Under the pieces are notes generated by a model. That model searched no databases. It saw only the letters and a list, made by a program, of their open reading frames with translations, and was not told where the DNA came from. The position numbers and the translations under genes were made by a program. From Marsupella aquatica (lineage: Eukaryota; Plantae; Marchantiophyta): a DNA stretch of 64,000 nucleotides. The stretch lies in contig OZ316897.1 of the NCBI GenBank assembly GCA_973895155.1, positions 1,987,312 to 2,051,311 of the forward strand. The letters run 5' to 3'. Positions 51,401-63,224 of this stretch are shown one piece after another. Each line of letters begins with the position of its first letter. Within the stretch, counting starts at the first letter, position 1.

Positions 51401-54400
51401 CCCATAAGAATAAAGTGAGCATAGCAGACTCTAACCCACTTGGTCCTGAAACTTGGGCTCCCCAACCAGAAATAGAGAAGAAAGTGTGGGGAAGCTCAAC
51501 ATGCACACCTCTTTTGCAACACTCATTGCTGAAATGCAATCCTCAATGCTGGAGAAGCTGATTGCTAGTGGAAGGAACTCCTCAGTCTGGAGCGATTTCA
51601 GCAACACTCTGTCACACAACAATGTTCATTGCGATCACAAGTTGTACCAGAAGCCCAGGAAAGGATTGCGAAGGATTCTAAAAGAGCAAGATTGGGAGAG
51701 GAACCTTAAGTGTTCCTCGAAATCTGTCACAACATCACTCTCAACAGTCGAGGAATCCTGAGACTTTGAGCTTAGCAGCTTCTCATCATTGCTCCCAAGA
51801 ACATGAAGACCTGAAACATCAGCAAAGGGCAACGGATCAAAATCCTTTACATAAGGGATTTTTTGTAAGTGATGAGACCAATCAGTAACAGTAAAAGATT
51901 GTCCTCCTAGAAACGTCTTAGATTGCAAAGGTGGCGATTGATAAACTCTTCACCTGATGCATTACAGTAGTACTGGGACTTCTGGACAGGCTCGGATTCA
52001 CAGACAACCTGTGAATGAACAACGGAAAGATCACATCACGTTGGTAATCACCTCTGGAAACAACTGAAATATGGTGACCCTACCAATATTTCTCAAGGAT
52101 GCTAGCAAATATCTGGTATCCGAAGTTCAAGATCAAATAGTCTGGAGTGGGTTATTAAAGTGGAGTAGTAAAGGACCCATAAATACGATATACATTTATA
52201 GTGGAGCAATAAATACAATTGTACATTGAACTAGTCAATACTTTGCATTCATCAAGCACATTCGCACATGGTTAGAAAATGAGCTCACCAACTCACAAGG
52301 TCTATGGATGCGACTTATCCATGTTACAATGTCATTCGAGGTCTTGCTCGGAAGGGATAAAGCAACCAGCTTGACCTAAGTAGAAAGAACCATACGTAAC
52401 GATTTCAGTTAGTCTGGCAAAGCTTTAGCTAGAACCTGTACCACCAAAAACCCCGCAAAGTTCCAAACAGCCGCCGCACAGACTAGACAGGTGAAAATGA
52501 CAACTTCATTAGTGTTCAGGAAATTCAAATCCATGCAAACCGACTAACATCTTTTCCCAATCAATCTTACATTCCAAACATTGTGATCTTAACAAGACAA
52601 ACCTTGCGCTCCAGGAGCATTACAGCTTCCTCCCACAAGCTCCCATAGTGAGGTTCTCCAAGCGTGTGAAATCTATCCAGTACAGCAACGCTTAGCCCGT
52701 CACAAAAGCTATTACCCACTGATGATCCTTCTCTGGGTCTCCCCTCCCTGAGCTCCTTGACAAGAGTTTCCAGACTTAAGACATTTATCGGAAGGTGTGA
52801 TCGCAGATCCTCCAATTTCGAAGGTAGATATGCCACATTTTTTATCCCAAATAATCGCTGCAAAAGAGGGAGGTTGAGTCATACGAAAAATAGAATCCAC
52901 ACAACACACTATAATGCTTAGTCATTGTTAGCAATCAGGCACCGAAGTTCATATTTTGCTGCGACTAAACCTTGCTAACAGATATGGAAAACCAAGTATG
53001 TCACAGACAGATATCAATATTTATCAACTGCCCAAGCAAAGATAAACCCATTGTTCAGCAACCAATAAATGAGTAAGACATTGACACTTGCATCAATCCT
53101 TTCATCACCATTAACACAGACAGCATAGTCAGGAAGCTGCAGCTCATGAGTACGAGATGTCACGCAACATCCCATATCTTGTAGTTGGCACGCTAGTATT
53201 CTCATTACCTGAAGCTCTCGCCCATGATATTTTGCTAAAGATTCGGATGGAGTCACAACGAGACATCGTTCGCCCTGTTGTCATTTCAATGGCAAGGCTC
53301 AACTCAGGTGATAAATAGGGCTCATACTAGTCAAAGTTTCTCTTCACTGCAGGTTTGGACTTAGAAATCCAACGTCCATGTCAGCAACCTCGACAAGCAA
53401 GAATAACATTACTAAGACATTCAAATACACCTGGCGGAAACACAATAAAATGCTACAGTTCAAACTTTCAATTCCAACTTTCCAAGCAAACCCGTATAGT
53501 GCGTGTAATAATATTACACAGAGAACAATGCATAATCAATCATCCTTGAATGATAATTTCTGAATAACTGAATTCAGAACCCACCTAAAACAATCTTAAA
53601 ACACTCATCTAGTACCTGAACAAAGGCTTGGTAGAGGCAGCGAGCAGCTACAACAAACTTTCCTGCCCCACCTGGTGCACTTACAAGAACTGACTTCTCT
53701 TGTGCATGCTTTACAGCTTGGTTCTGCAAACACCCAGGACATTTTTATTTTATGATACCTCTACTAATGAATTAAACAACAAACCACAAACAATTCGAAG
53801 GTATGCAGAAACTTGGTACGCATGGATCGATGACACACCTGCCAATCATCAAATGTGAAAGAGAACAACTCTGAATAGACCGCGTCATCAAGATGAACCC
53901 CTCTTGAGTAAAGATTTCTGAGTATCTGAAGGGCTTGGTCAATAGAACCTCCAACCACAAGCTGTTGAATCTCTTGAAGGACTAATACTTGACCTTGTTT
54001 CCCAGAACGCCACTCATCCACCTTTCTACTAAAGTCTGCATCTGTGCTATCAAGTAAATTACTCTGGACAGAGGTATCTGAACCTGACTCGTCTTTCTCT
54101 TCCCACGTCAAAGGCATTCTCTCCACCCTTGTTGGTGGCCTGAGTAGCTGACTACTGCGGTCTCCTCCAACTTGCGGTTTTCCATTCAACAAACTCTGAG
54201 GCCTTCCACCCTTGTTCCATTCCTCCAGGAGATTCGCCAGTGATCTCGTTTGTGCGGGTCTTCTGGTGTCTTTTGGTGTAGACTCCTCTAATAAGATTTT
54301 CGAACGGTGAACAGGAGAGCCGAAAATCCTACTCATAGAAGAATTCTGCTTCGAGACATCTTGTTCTACAGACCTTCCGTTCATCATGTCCTCTGAGTCG

Positions 54401-57008
54401 TCGCGCTTCCAGGAACTATTCTTCAAAGAAATTTCCTGCCCATCATTTCGAGGCACTTCGGCCATCGTCCTCAGCATGGAATCTAGAGAGGTGTCAAGTG
54501 CAGAGACTCCTTGCTTCAAGACCGTGCCATTGTAGGACGAAGGATTTGGTTTACTCGTTCTGATGCCATTGCTCGAGAATTCTTCACTAGAATAGGTCCC
54601 GGTGATAGTTGAGTTTTCATTGGAGAGGCTTGACAAGGCCTGTTCAAAAAATCCTCTGGTCACAGGATGGCTGGTATCTTGGCAGGAAAGCACTTGTACC
54701 CTTTGGTGTAGTGCGTCGTCTACTCGCACGCTTCGAAGTCGAATAGAGCGTTCATAAGGCCTATACTGTTCCACGGATGACCAGCTCTCGCCCTTAGCAG
54801 ATTGCGTCCCAACTTGGCTGATCGTTGACGGCTTAAGATCATGACCTTCGTTACCCCCATTTCCATCAAGATGAAGCTGCTTCACCGCGTCATCTTTCAC
54901 AGAAGTCCCAGGCTCCTCCTTTTGCAAGTTGAAGTTACCGTCTTTCACGAGCCCTTTTCTGACAATATGCTTCTTACTGAATTGAGACAGACAACCTAAC
55001 ACAATTGGACAATCAAATCCAAAGTGCTTCCGGCCATGAACTCGAGTAGCAGAATTCAACTGAGAGCTGGCCGAGGCCAGTGACCAAGCTTTTGCAGGGC
55101 TATCTGCTGAGCAAGGGGCTTTGTCCACCTCCCCAACCTAAGGTGACAGTACAGTGCGCAATTTGACAGGTACTAGTTAGAAATATTCCACTTAGAAACT
55201 AATGATCAATGTTCCAAAATCTCTTAAGGACTTAAATAAGCCAAACCCCAAGAAAACTTCAATGTATGTCACATATTTTAAAGAATGGTATCACAACCTT
55301 CCAGAATATAAAGGCTCGTCAAAGTCTGTCCCTATCTAACAGACAGTGTACTTACCACAAATATTGGACCGTCCGGTCCACTTTCAATGGTTTGCTTGAA
55401 TTGTACGCCCTTATACGTCTTGGTAGCTTTGTAACCAACTGGATATGGATGTTGAAGTCCGCACCGACTGTCAATTTCGCAAGATTCAGGCATAATGTCA
55501 GAAACAGAGCAGCATGAAATCTTCGAGGAAGTTTGGCACCAATATTTCACAGCTCGAGAATAGTCCATTTCAAGGGCTTAGGACATGAGTTCGACATCAT
55601 CCATCTCTCCCATAGCATTCACTGTTCGAGTTCGCTCAATAAATTACATCGAGTAGGCTGTAACTCTGGCAGACCCTTCCAAGGCTTCCAATTAATTATG
55701 AATGAAGGCAAATAGATTGAACAAATTTTTTAACGAGAACAGGAGAACTCACATCTGACTCCAATATTTCTCTTCATTGGGACCATCATAAAGCGTTCCC
55801 AAACTTTCAAGTACAAGTCCAGTGCTGACTTTCAGAGGCAATCGATCCACCAGGCCCTCGGTATCAGTCCAAGGCACGGGGCACACTTCGTTGGCTTCAG
55901 TCCCTGCAGTGAATTGAAGACGATATAGATGTCACATAGAAGTAAAGCCGTTCAGCGGCGAAAATCTGGAGCTGATTAAGTGAATTGGAGGTAGAGATCA
56001 AGCGATGCATCATATATGCCTCACAAGAAACTCGGCATAGAATTTGAAGTAGTTGGAAAGAAGAGAAGAGGCCGTTGACATCCAATTAAACACCTGTTAC
56101 TCTTCGGGACCCCGATTTAGCATCAGCTGCAGCAATTGAAGGCGTGATGGTGGAGGCGAATCTGGACCGAATCTGCACTCTTTTTTTCTCTCTGAGTAGC
56201 AGTGTGTCCCCATTCCGTCCTGCTGCTGCAATACACCTACTTCTCAACTCCAGTCTATTGATCATCCCTGGCCTCAATCGTACTTTCGCCTCTGTCTTCC
56301 ACTTCTCTCGTTTCCTCCAAACCCCCGGGTCCCAATCTCCATAAAATCCCTTGCCACTCAGAATCTCCTGCTCACAAATTGCCTGAATACCTGCTGCACC
56401 GTACATGTCTATGTGCCCTGCTCTCACTTACTACGAAATCTATATGGTCACAAAAATTTCCACATAATTTTGCTGCACAATGCCTCAAGCAGCATACTAT
56501 TTGACCCGGACACCAAATTCATTCCTTAAACCCTCCGATCCTCCGCCGCGCTTGAAAGCCGTTCCAGAGTTGCTGATGCCATAAGATTGCAATGCCATGT
56601 GACGCCATTCCCCTCAGCCATGAATTGACCTTTAGCCTTGGAAAGATTCTGAGTGTGAAAATCCAGGTTTTCAAGAGGACGTGAGAGACTCTTGGAGACC
56701 TCCAATAAATTACTCGCCCTGTAAAACAAAAACCAACTCAAACCAGGCAAATGCTTTTGCTAAAGGCATAGAGAGCTTCGCATGGCAAATTTGAGTTGAC
56801 ATAATCGCTGCAGTTTCAGCCTGCAGCCAAACTAGTACGACTTGTGAAATAGAATTCCATGAAGAAAGAGCAATTGCAGCCCATGGATCGATCGTCAGTT
56901 CCAATGCGGAACTTCGGAGTCAATTGCGTCAGGCTTCTCCAATCAAAAACCTCACCATGTACAAAATGAATCTGAGGATCACCTCCTGATTATTGCAGTG
57001 CAGTCCAT
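45476..57008 (-). CDS. FYRN/FYRC-domain-fused ISE2/HelY/Ski2-like DExH helicase homologue with degenerate catalytic motifs (~1509 aa)
   Basis: Thirty frame-consistent exons: 56983-57008, 56630-56718, 56094-56390 (these three tentative), 55753-55903, 55356-55467, 53839-55137, 53616-53723, 53209-53274, 52603-52857, 52289-52375, 51954-52008, 51705-51810, 51509-51608, 51298-51393, 50959-51066, 50707-50825, 50416-50476, 50087-50224, 49461-49520, 48948-49022, 48578-48700, 48344-48413, 48100-48218, 47852-47954, 47604-47687, 47140-47255, 46713-46874, 46313-46411, 46113-46201, 45476-45632. Ski2-family landmarks appear in order: FTFDDWQ, SVLVSAPGGAGKF, GSLWEEAVM, TWISRIH, RGICSYHDGQLP, GKAGRRGRD, SHFQPSYSLLLNLL, and the DSHCT-like ENELWFAKAL...LTAPELAAICSALL. 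Confidence 0.85.
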
Positions 57009-57454
57009 GTTCCTCCTTCAGCTCCTCTCCTCACCGCCATCGCCATAATTGCGAAGATCGTCGCGTGCACAGCATGACAACAATTTCGAAGTGCAAGTGA
57101 AGCTGTTTTTTTTTTTGAGCTGTTCACGATTTCGTTCTCAGAATTCAAACACTCTCCGAAGAAACCCGAAGGTTTTCTCACCCTTCACTAGAAATCTGGA
57201 TAACGCTAAGGACAGTGTTCCATCAGCTAAGGGCAGGGTTCCATCAGCCCTCAACCCTCGAAAGAGATCAGCCCTTAATCTCTAAAAACCTTGGGCCAGA
57301 TCTGAGCCATTTGCCATTGGATTGTTTGCCCTCAATCCGATCTTCGCAATTATGGCGATGGCGATGAGGATCAATGATTTCAAATGAGGATCTTCGCGAC
57401 GATCGAGTTTCAAATGGGGAACAGAGTGTCCAACTCGAACACAACGCCAATATT

Positions 57455-57779
57455 CGAACATAATGCCCGAGCGTTGTGTTAAAATGACATTGTGTTTGAA
57501 TCACACATGCCACTATAAAAGTCTCATTCCATGTCTCACTACTCACCATAAAAGGTGGAACACTAGCACCTTTTGTGGAGTACTTGCCAAAAAAAGGTTT
57601 TGCAGTCAGCACCTTTTGTGGAGCTCAAAGACCATTTCTGAACTTGTACTCTTTAGAATGAGAGCTACGGGTTACCCGTAGCCCTTTATAGGAGAGGTGT
57701 GGTTTGAAGAAATTTTTATTTTTTTTATGGAGACCTAAAAAAATCCATTTTCAAACACAACGCCCGGGCGTTGTGTTCG
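57455..57779. mobile_element. MITE-like element with ~30-bp self-palindromic terminal inverted repeats
   Basis: Left end cgaacataatgcccgagcgttgtgttaaaa; reverse complement of the right end cgaacacaacgcccgggcgttgtgtttgaaaa. Perfect 24-bp palindrome at 57754-57777. No TSD recognised. Confidence 0.55.
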
Positions 57780-60700
57780 GGGGAAAACGTAGCATGATCA
57801 CCTCATAGGGGGTGTCAAAGTTGGTGATGATGGCAGTGGTGGCCGATGCTCCCCAAACAACAGAAATAGAGGTTGTTTAAGGCATTGAAATGATAATGTT
57901 GCTAGTATCAGTCCACAACCCCACCAAGCAACCCCCAAACTGACCTCCATTCTCAAATCAGGCATGAACCTTCAAAAGTACTTTTATTGTGCAAATGGAG
58001 TTGGATGTGTCTTTTTGGCCATTGATGAGAGAGTAGAGGTCTAAATAGTGGGCTGGGTTGGAGTCCACTTTCCTTGCTAAAACTTCCAGTCAGTAGTTTG
58101 GATTTAGAAGCTGACCGCTACATATTAGAGGTACAGGTTACCAGTGGGGAGACCTGCCTCAAAAATTGCCAAAGCTGAAATTCCATGAAAATAAAGCTCC
58201 TGTGGGCTGTAGAGCTACCAGGATCATGGACTATTCAGGAGCTATCTTGGCAACATTGAGAGCAAACTGCTATCCCTCCTAGTTACAGAAAACCTAGAGG
58301 TCCATTCAGGCTTCATTTTCAAAACTCCACATTTGACTTTAGATAGCATTAAAGGTAATACAAGTGTTTACAGCCATTGAAATAGATGACAGCTAGACGG
58401 TGTTGGGACAATGCTTGAGTGAGTTGGCTAAAGCCTAAAGCTGCATTGTATCACACTTTCATAACTGTGCATGTCTTTAATAAAGTCTGGGGGTAATATA
58501 TTTCCACAATTCCTCACACAAAGTCTTCAGTTTCTGAGAGTGAAGTCTGTACCCCATCATTCAACTGTGAGAAAAGAGAAAGGTAAAAAGGCATGGCTTA
58601 GAAGGGAATATTATTTTTGTAGGAAATACTCGTGGATTGGGTGGAGCTTCCAGGTCCTCCTTCACACAGGATAGGGGCCAGTTCTACAACATCCTTATTT
58701 TAACTCATTGGAAGAAAAGTAAAGGGTTTAGGGTTTAGAGGAGGCCAGGCATGGTTGCCATGGTTTTCGGGTCCAGGCGTGGCCTGTGCTACTCATTAGT
58801 ACATTGGCTGCGGCAAATGAGTCCAGGCGCACTACGGCTCCCAAGTCCAGGCGCAGAGCATGAGTCCTTAGTCATAACACAAGATCCCTCTATCCGTTGC
58901 AGACGTGTATGAGGATGTTATGATCGAGCCAATTTTGTGCTTATCTTTAGGTTATGGGGTCTCATTTCCGACCAACTTCCCAAGATATACTTCCATGCCT
59001 TAGCTTTCCTTGGCTAGAGAGTACTTGTGACTCGGGTCCGCAATAGGTAACACATGATGTGAAAGGAAATAATTCAAAATAATAATTTCAAGGGGTCATC
59101 TTGAAATTGGGAGTACAACAAAGTTAAAAGTGTATAAGGGGTCAACATCCAATTTCACATGAATAAAGAAACGAAGAAAGGACCTTCCTAAAAAACTCAG
59201 AAATTAGATAGTGACAAGAGAAACATAGCCTCCTGAGCGGGTCACGTTGGACCTTATAACATGTTTATAGTTAGGTGGATCATTAGAAAATGCATACATT
59301 ATATAGGAAACGAAAAGAAAGAAAGAAAACAAACTGCAAAATAATGCATAATCAAGCTTTCCTGCTCACCAAAGAAAACTACTTCAGTTTTAGACAACAT
59401 GAACACTTCACATCAATAGTTACTTGGGCCCACTACTTGACATGGAGGATAGGTAGGCACCCAACCCAATTGCACTACTTCTTGTAAAGCCTACTAGAGT
59501 CATTTCCACTCCTTACATAGTCTAGCTTTAATTACGGATGGAATAAAACGAGGAAATGGGCCCATTGTCCAAAGTCTTGCAAAGCCACCCTTAGGCCCAA
59601 GAGTCCCTCTAGGCCCAGGACCAGCCTTTTTTTAGTGGAAAAAATTAACCAAATTCTGCCCCACTAAAAAGTCTTGGTTGCTTTTGACGAAAATTTGTCA
59701 GGCTTTTTGTTGTTGATTACACACTTTCCCACCTAGTCATTGACCTTAAAAGCATCCGAGGGCTATCATTAAATCCAAGGAGATCTAAAGTTTAAAAAAT
59801 AGTTTAAGAAAACTAGATAATATATATACTTAGCATTTTCTACTTCACACGAGGTAACATTTGCCACCTACATAAAAGAAAACCTTAAAAATTACCTGCT
59901 CCCTCAGCTAGACGCCTTGGTTCCATTCAAGTGGATGACACCTAAACTTTGACGACCCCAATGTAGATTTCTTTAGGATACTCTAAGGGGTCTCAAGATC
60001 ATAGTTACGGGATGATGATGGCTTTTGGCCATAGGGACATGTTTGTGGTTTATTTCACAGTGTCTAAAGTGACTTGTGGTCATGGCATATGATCAATTTT
60101 TATGGCAAAAAGTTATGGATCATGAATTTGATACTCCATAACTGTTTCTCTACCTTTTCTACCTGTTTTTTGTGGAGGTCTTGGGCCCTTCCTCCCACCT
60201 ATGGCCGCTTCTGAAAATCTTGTGCAGTTCATTATGTAGAGCGGAGGCCTTAACCCCGGTGTCTACTATCACGGTATTTTTTAGACAGCAGGTATCTAAT
60301 GCACTTCAGAAGGCTCAGACATTCATTGTTCTCTGTAGGGATGAGGCTGTTGGTTTTAGGACCTCTAGTGAAATTCTCTTGCTTGAGCCCTCTACGCAGT
60401 TCACACCGGAGTTCTACCAGGCTCTTCAGTTTACCAATAGTTAGGGTTTAGGTTTTTTGGTCCCTTCCTTTTCTTGTGTTGGGCCTCTGGGTGGGTCCTT
60501 TGGGTATTTTGGCTCTTTGTTTGGTCACCCTTGATTGATCCTTTCACCTGTGGAATCATCTCTCCCTGTTGGGTGCCTTTTGTTTTTGGTAGTGTGACCT
60601 GAATGTAATTGCTGTATGGAACGCAGGTTACCGGCATGTAACCATTTTGGAGGTACCCATTATTCCCATGATCTCTTGCCTGGAAATAACCTTTTCCAGA

Positions 60701-61120
60701 AAACAATTACGTACTCTAATAGAAGTATGGGCTGACTAAACCTTGCTCCAAGAAAGCTCAAAAAAATCTTTTAGATCACCTGCTTATAAGGTTTTCCTCC
60801 CTTATTGGGCGCCCATTAGTAACCTCTTTATTGGACACACATTAACCCCTGCCCATACTTAGCACACAAGGTTTTCCTCCCTTACTAGGCACACATTAGT
60901 AACCTCCTTATTGGGGCAAACACTAGGAACCCCTGCCTATACTTTGCTCACATTAGTAACCCTCAGTGGGCACACATTTTGGCAAATTAATCTGGCCCTA
61001 TAAAAGGTGCAAGACCAGCCTTAGCTGTAACCACCATTGGCCATATAAAAGGAGGAGTGTCCAAAACTTCTCCCTTTTTCCCATTCCTCTCCTCTACCGT
61101 GAGTTTTTGCTCTTCAATTT

Positions 61121-61668
61121 CAGGAAAAAGTACCAAAAAATGGTAAAACTGTGTAACCACATTTTTGTCATGGCTAGTGGCTCTTTTACAAGACTTTGGG
61201 GGGGATCATAAAAGGATTCCAAAAATGCTTTTAGTCCCGGGACACTAGATTTAATGTGTGCAATGGCCCTCCAGTTTGCTTTGGTGACAAAACCTCCCCA
61301 AGTGCAGGAGAAAGTACAAAAATTGGTGAAAGCTGTGTAACCACATTTTTGTCATGGCTAGTGGCTCTTTTACAAGACTTTGGGGGGTCATAAAAGGATT
61401 CCAAAAATGCTTTTAGCCCCGGGACACTACATTTAATATGTGCAATGGCCCTCCAGTTTGCTTTGGTGACAAAACCTCCCCAAGTGCAGGAAAAAGTACA
61501 AAAAATGGTGAAAACTGTGTAACCACATTTTTGTCATGGCTAGTGGCTCTTTTACAAGACTTTGGGGGGTCATAAAAGGATTCCAAAATTGCTTTTAGCC
61601 CCCGGACACTACATTTAATGTGTGCAATGGCCCTCCAGTTTGCTTTGGTGACAAAACCTCCCCAAGTG
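61121..61668. repeat. Three near-identical ~181-185-bp tandem units
   Basis: cagga.aaagtac.aaaaatggt.aaa.ctgtgtaaccacatttttgtcatggctagtggc...gtgacaaaacctccccaagtg at 61121, ~61306 and ~61487. Confidence 0.95.
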
Positions 61669-63224
61669 CCCCCAACGGCTTATAAAGTCCTCCTAATAAT
61701 AATATGACCCGAGCTGACGGTTCGAGGAACGATCCTCATTCTCAAAGCGTTTGAGACAACAGACAGAAACGTCATGAATGAGAGGAGATCCCACGACAGA
61801 ATCACGATGCGAGAAATGATGATCGAGCTCCAACATTTCGAGACAAACTGCGCACAACTATATTCGGCAGTAAGTTGACCGAACGCAGACGCACATCGTC
61901 GACGTCGCTCGTGGGATTTTGGGATTGACCAGCGCGAGTTTTCCGTCGGTATCGACAACCCATCCGAGTGTCGGTCGCCCGCCTTTGTGTGCCGTTCTGT
62001 GACTGACTGGTGCGCTCAAGGAAGAGCGCCGGATTCGCAGGAGCTTTTGCTCTGCAGTCCCTCAGAAGAGTTCAAGAGTCCGAGATTCGCAGCTGATCGG
62101 CGGCGAAACCCCGTCGGTCCTTCCTCTCCTTTCCTCTGCCATCGCATCATAATTTGCTGTTCGGGCCGTCCGGTGACCGTATCGCTCTCGCTTGCTAGGA
62201 GGTCCGAAATCGACGCCTAGTGTTCGGGTTTTTCGGGTTTTTAATCCCTCCCGCATGCACGCGGTGGGTGCCAGGGTGCAATCGCAAACGAGGCTGCCAT
62301 TGGAAACGGGACTCATATCGTACTCAGGCTCGTCAGAAGTGGATGGGTGTCCCGTTGAGTTGGGAAGAGTGGCGGAGTGTTCAGGAGGAAGATGGCTAGG
62401 TGGGGAGTGCGAGAGACGGGAAGCCGTTACTAGTTGGCCCGAGGGATACCTCGATGTTTGGCAGATTGCAGAACGGTAGGCTAAAAGTTCATTGTTGTGT
62501 GCGGCACGGTGGTCTGGATTGCGGTTAAGGAGCCAGCCTCGGCGGTTTTCTCCTCTCTCGTCAGTGGAGAGTGGAGGCAGAGAGTTAGTGAGGGCAGAGA
62601 GTAGTTCCTACAAAGCAAGTTTGTGGTCCAGTCGGTTGACCTGGGGGAAGAGGGGGAGGAAGGAGAGAAAACGAGTGTTTCTGTTGTTGTGAGGAGGATC
62701 TCGAGGATCTCGAGGATCTCGCAGTGATAGAGCAGGGACCACACTGACGTTTCTGAAGATTGGATTCGAGAAAGTAGAAGCGGCCGGACTCCTCCAGGAA
62801 GTTGCACGAACGGTGTTTCTCATCATCATCTGAGAATGGGATGGGGCAGTTGTCCAATTGGGAAGAGGATGGTCTGATGCTATTGCTGTGCGCGAGGAGG
62901 TGGGGAGTGCAGTATATGGACAGATTTATATGCAGGAGGAAGGATTGTGATGAAGATGATCTGTGGGGAGAGCTCCAGTAAAGTCTCGAGATCTCGAGTC
63001 GATTAGTCCAGGGGAGCTCAAAAGGAGGTCATTTTGGGAGTCCACACTTAATTGTGTGCAGATTCTGGGCAAAAGGAGATGATCTCGATGTGCGGGATTG
63101 AAATTCAGGGGTGGGGAACAGATTAATTGTCTCATGCAGGAGGAGGCTGGCAAAATATGAGCAGGAGCAGGAAAAGACATCCTTTGAAGGAGGACCCTGA
63201 GCGTTCACAGATGTGAGAGATAAG

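Noticed and set aside
53764-55128. 454-aa ORF as a stand-alone gene
   Set aside because: It has a non-ATG start and is bounded by a good acceptor (55138) and donor (53838). It is an internal exon of the FYR-helicase gene.
22880-57008. Functional cluster of bacterial-derived, plastid-directed genes (DUF151, racemase, ISE2-like)
   Set aside because: The genes are separated by kilobases of repeats and an unrelated ER gene. Plastid-targeted genes are common, so proximity is probably chance.
58723-58738. Telomeric TTTAGGG repeat
   Set aside because: Only about two units, so at most a telo-box-like motif.
61680-63180. Many overlapping ORFs on both strands
   Set aside because: Expected in the GC-rich promoter/leader of the GT47 gene. 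None has a recognisable domain.
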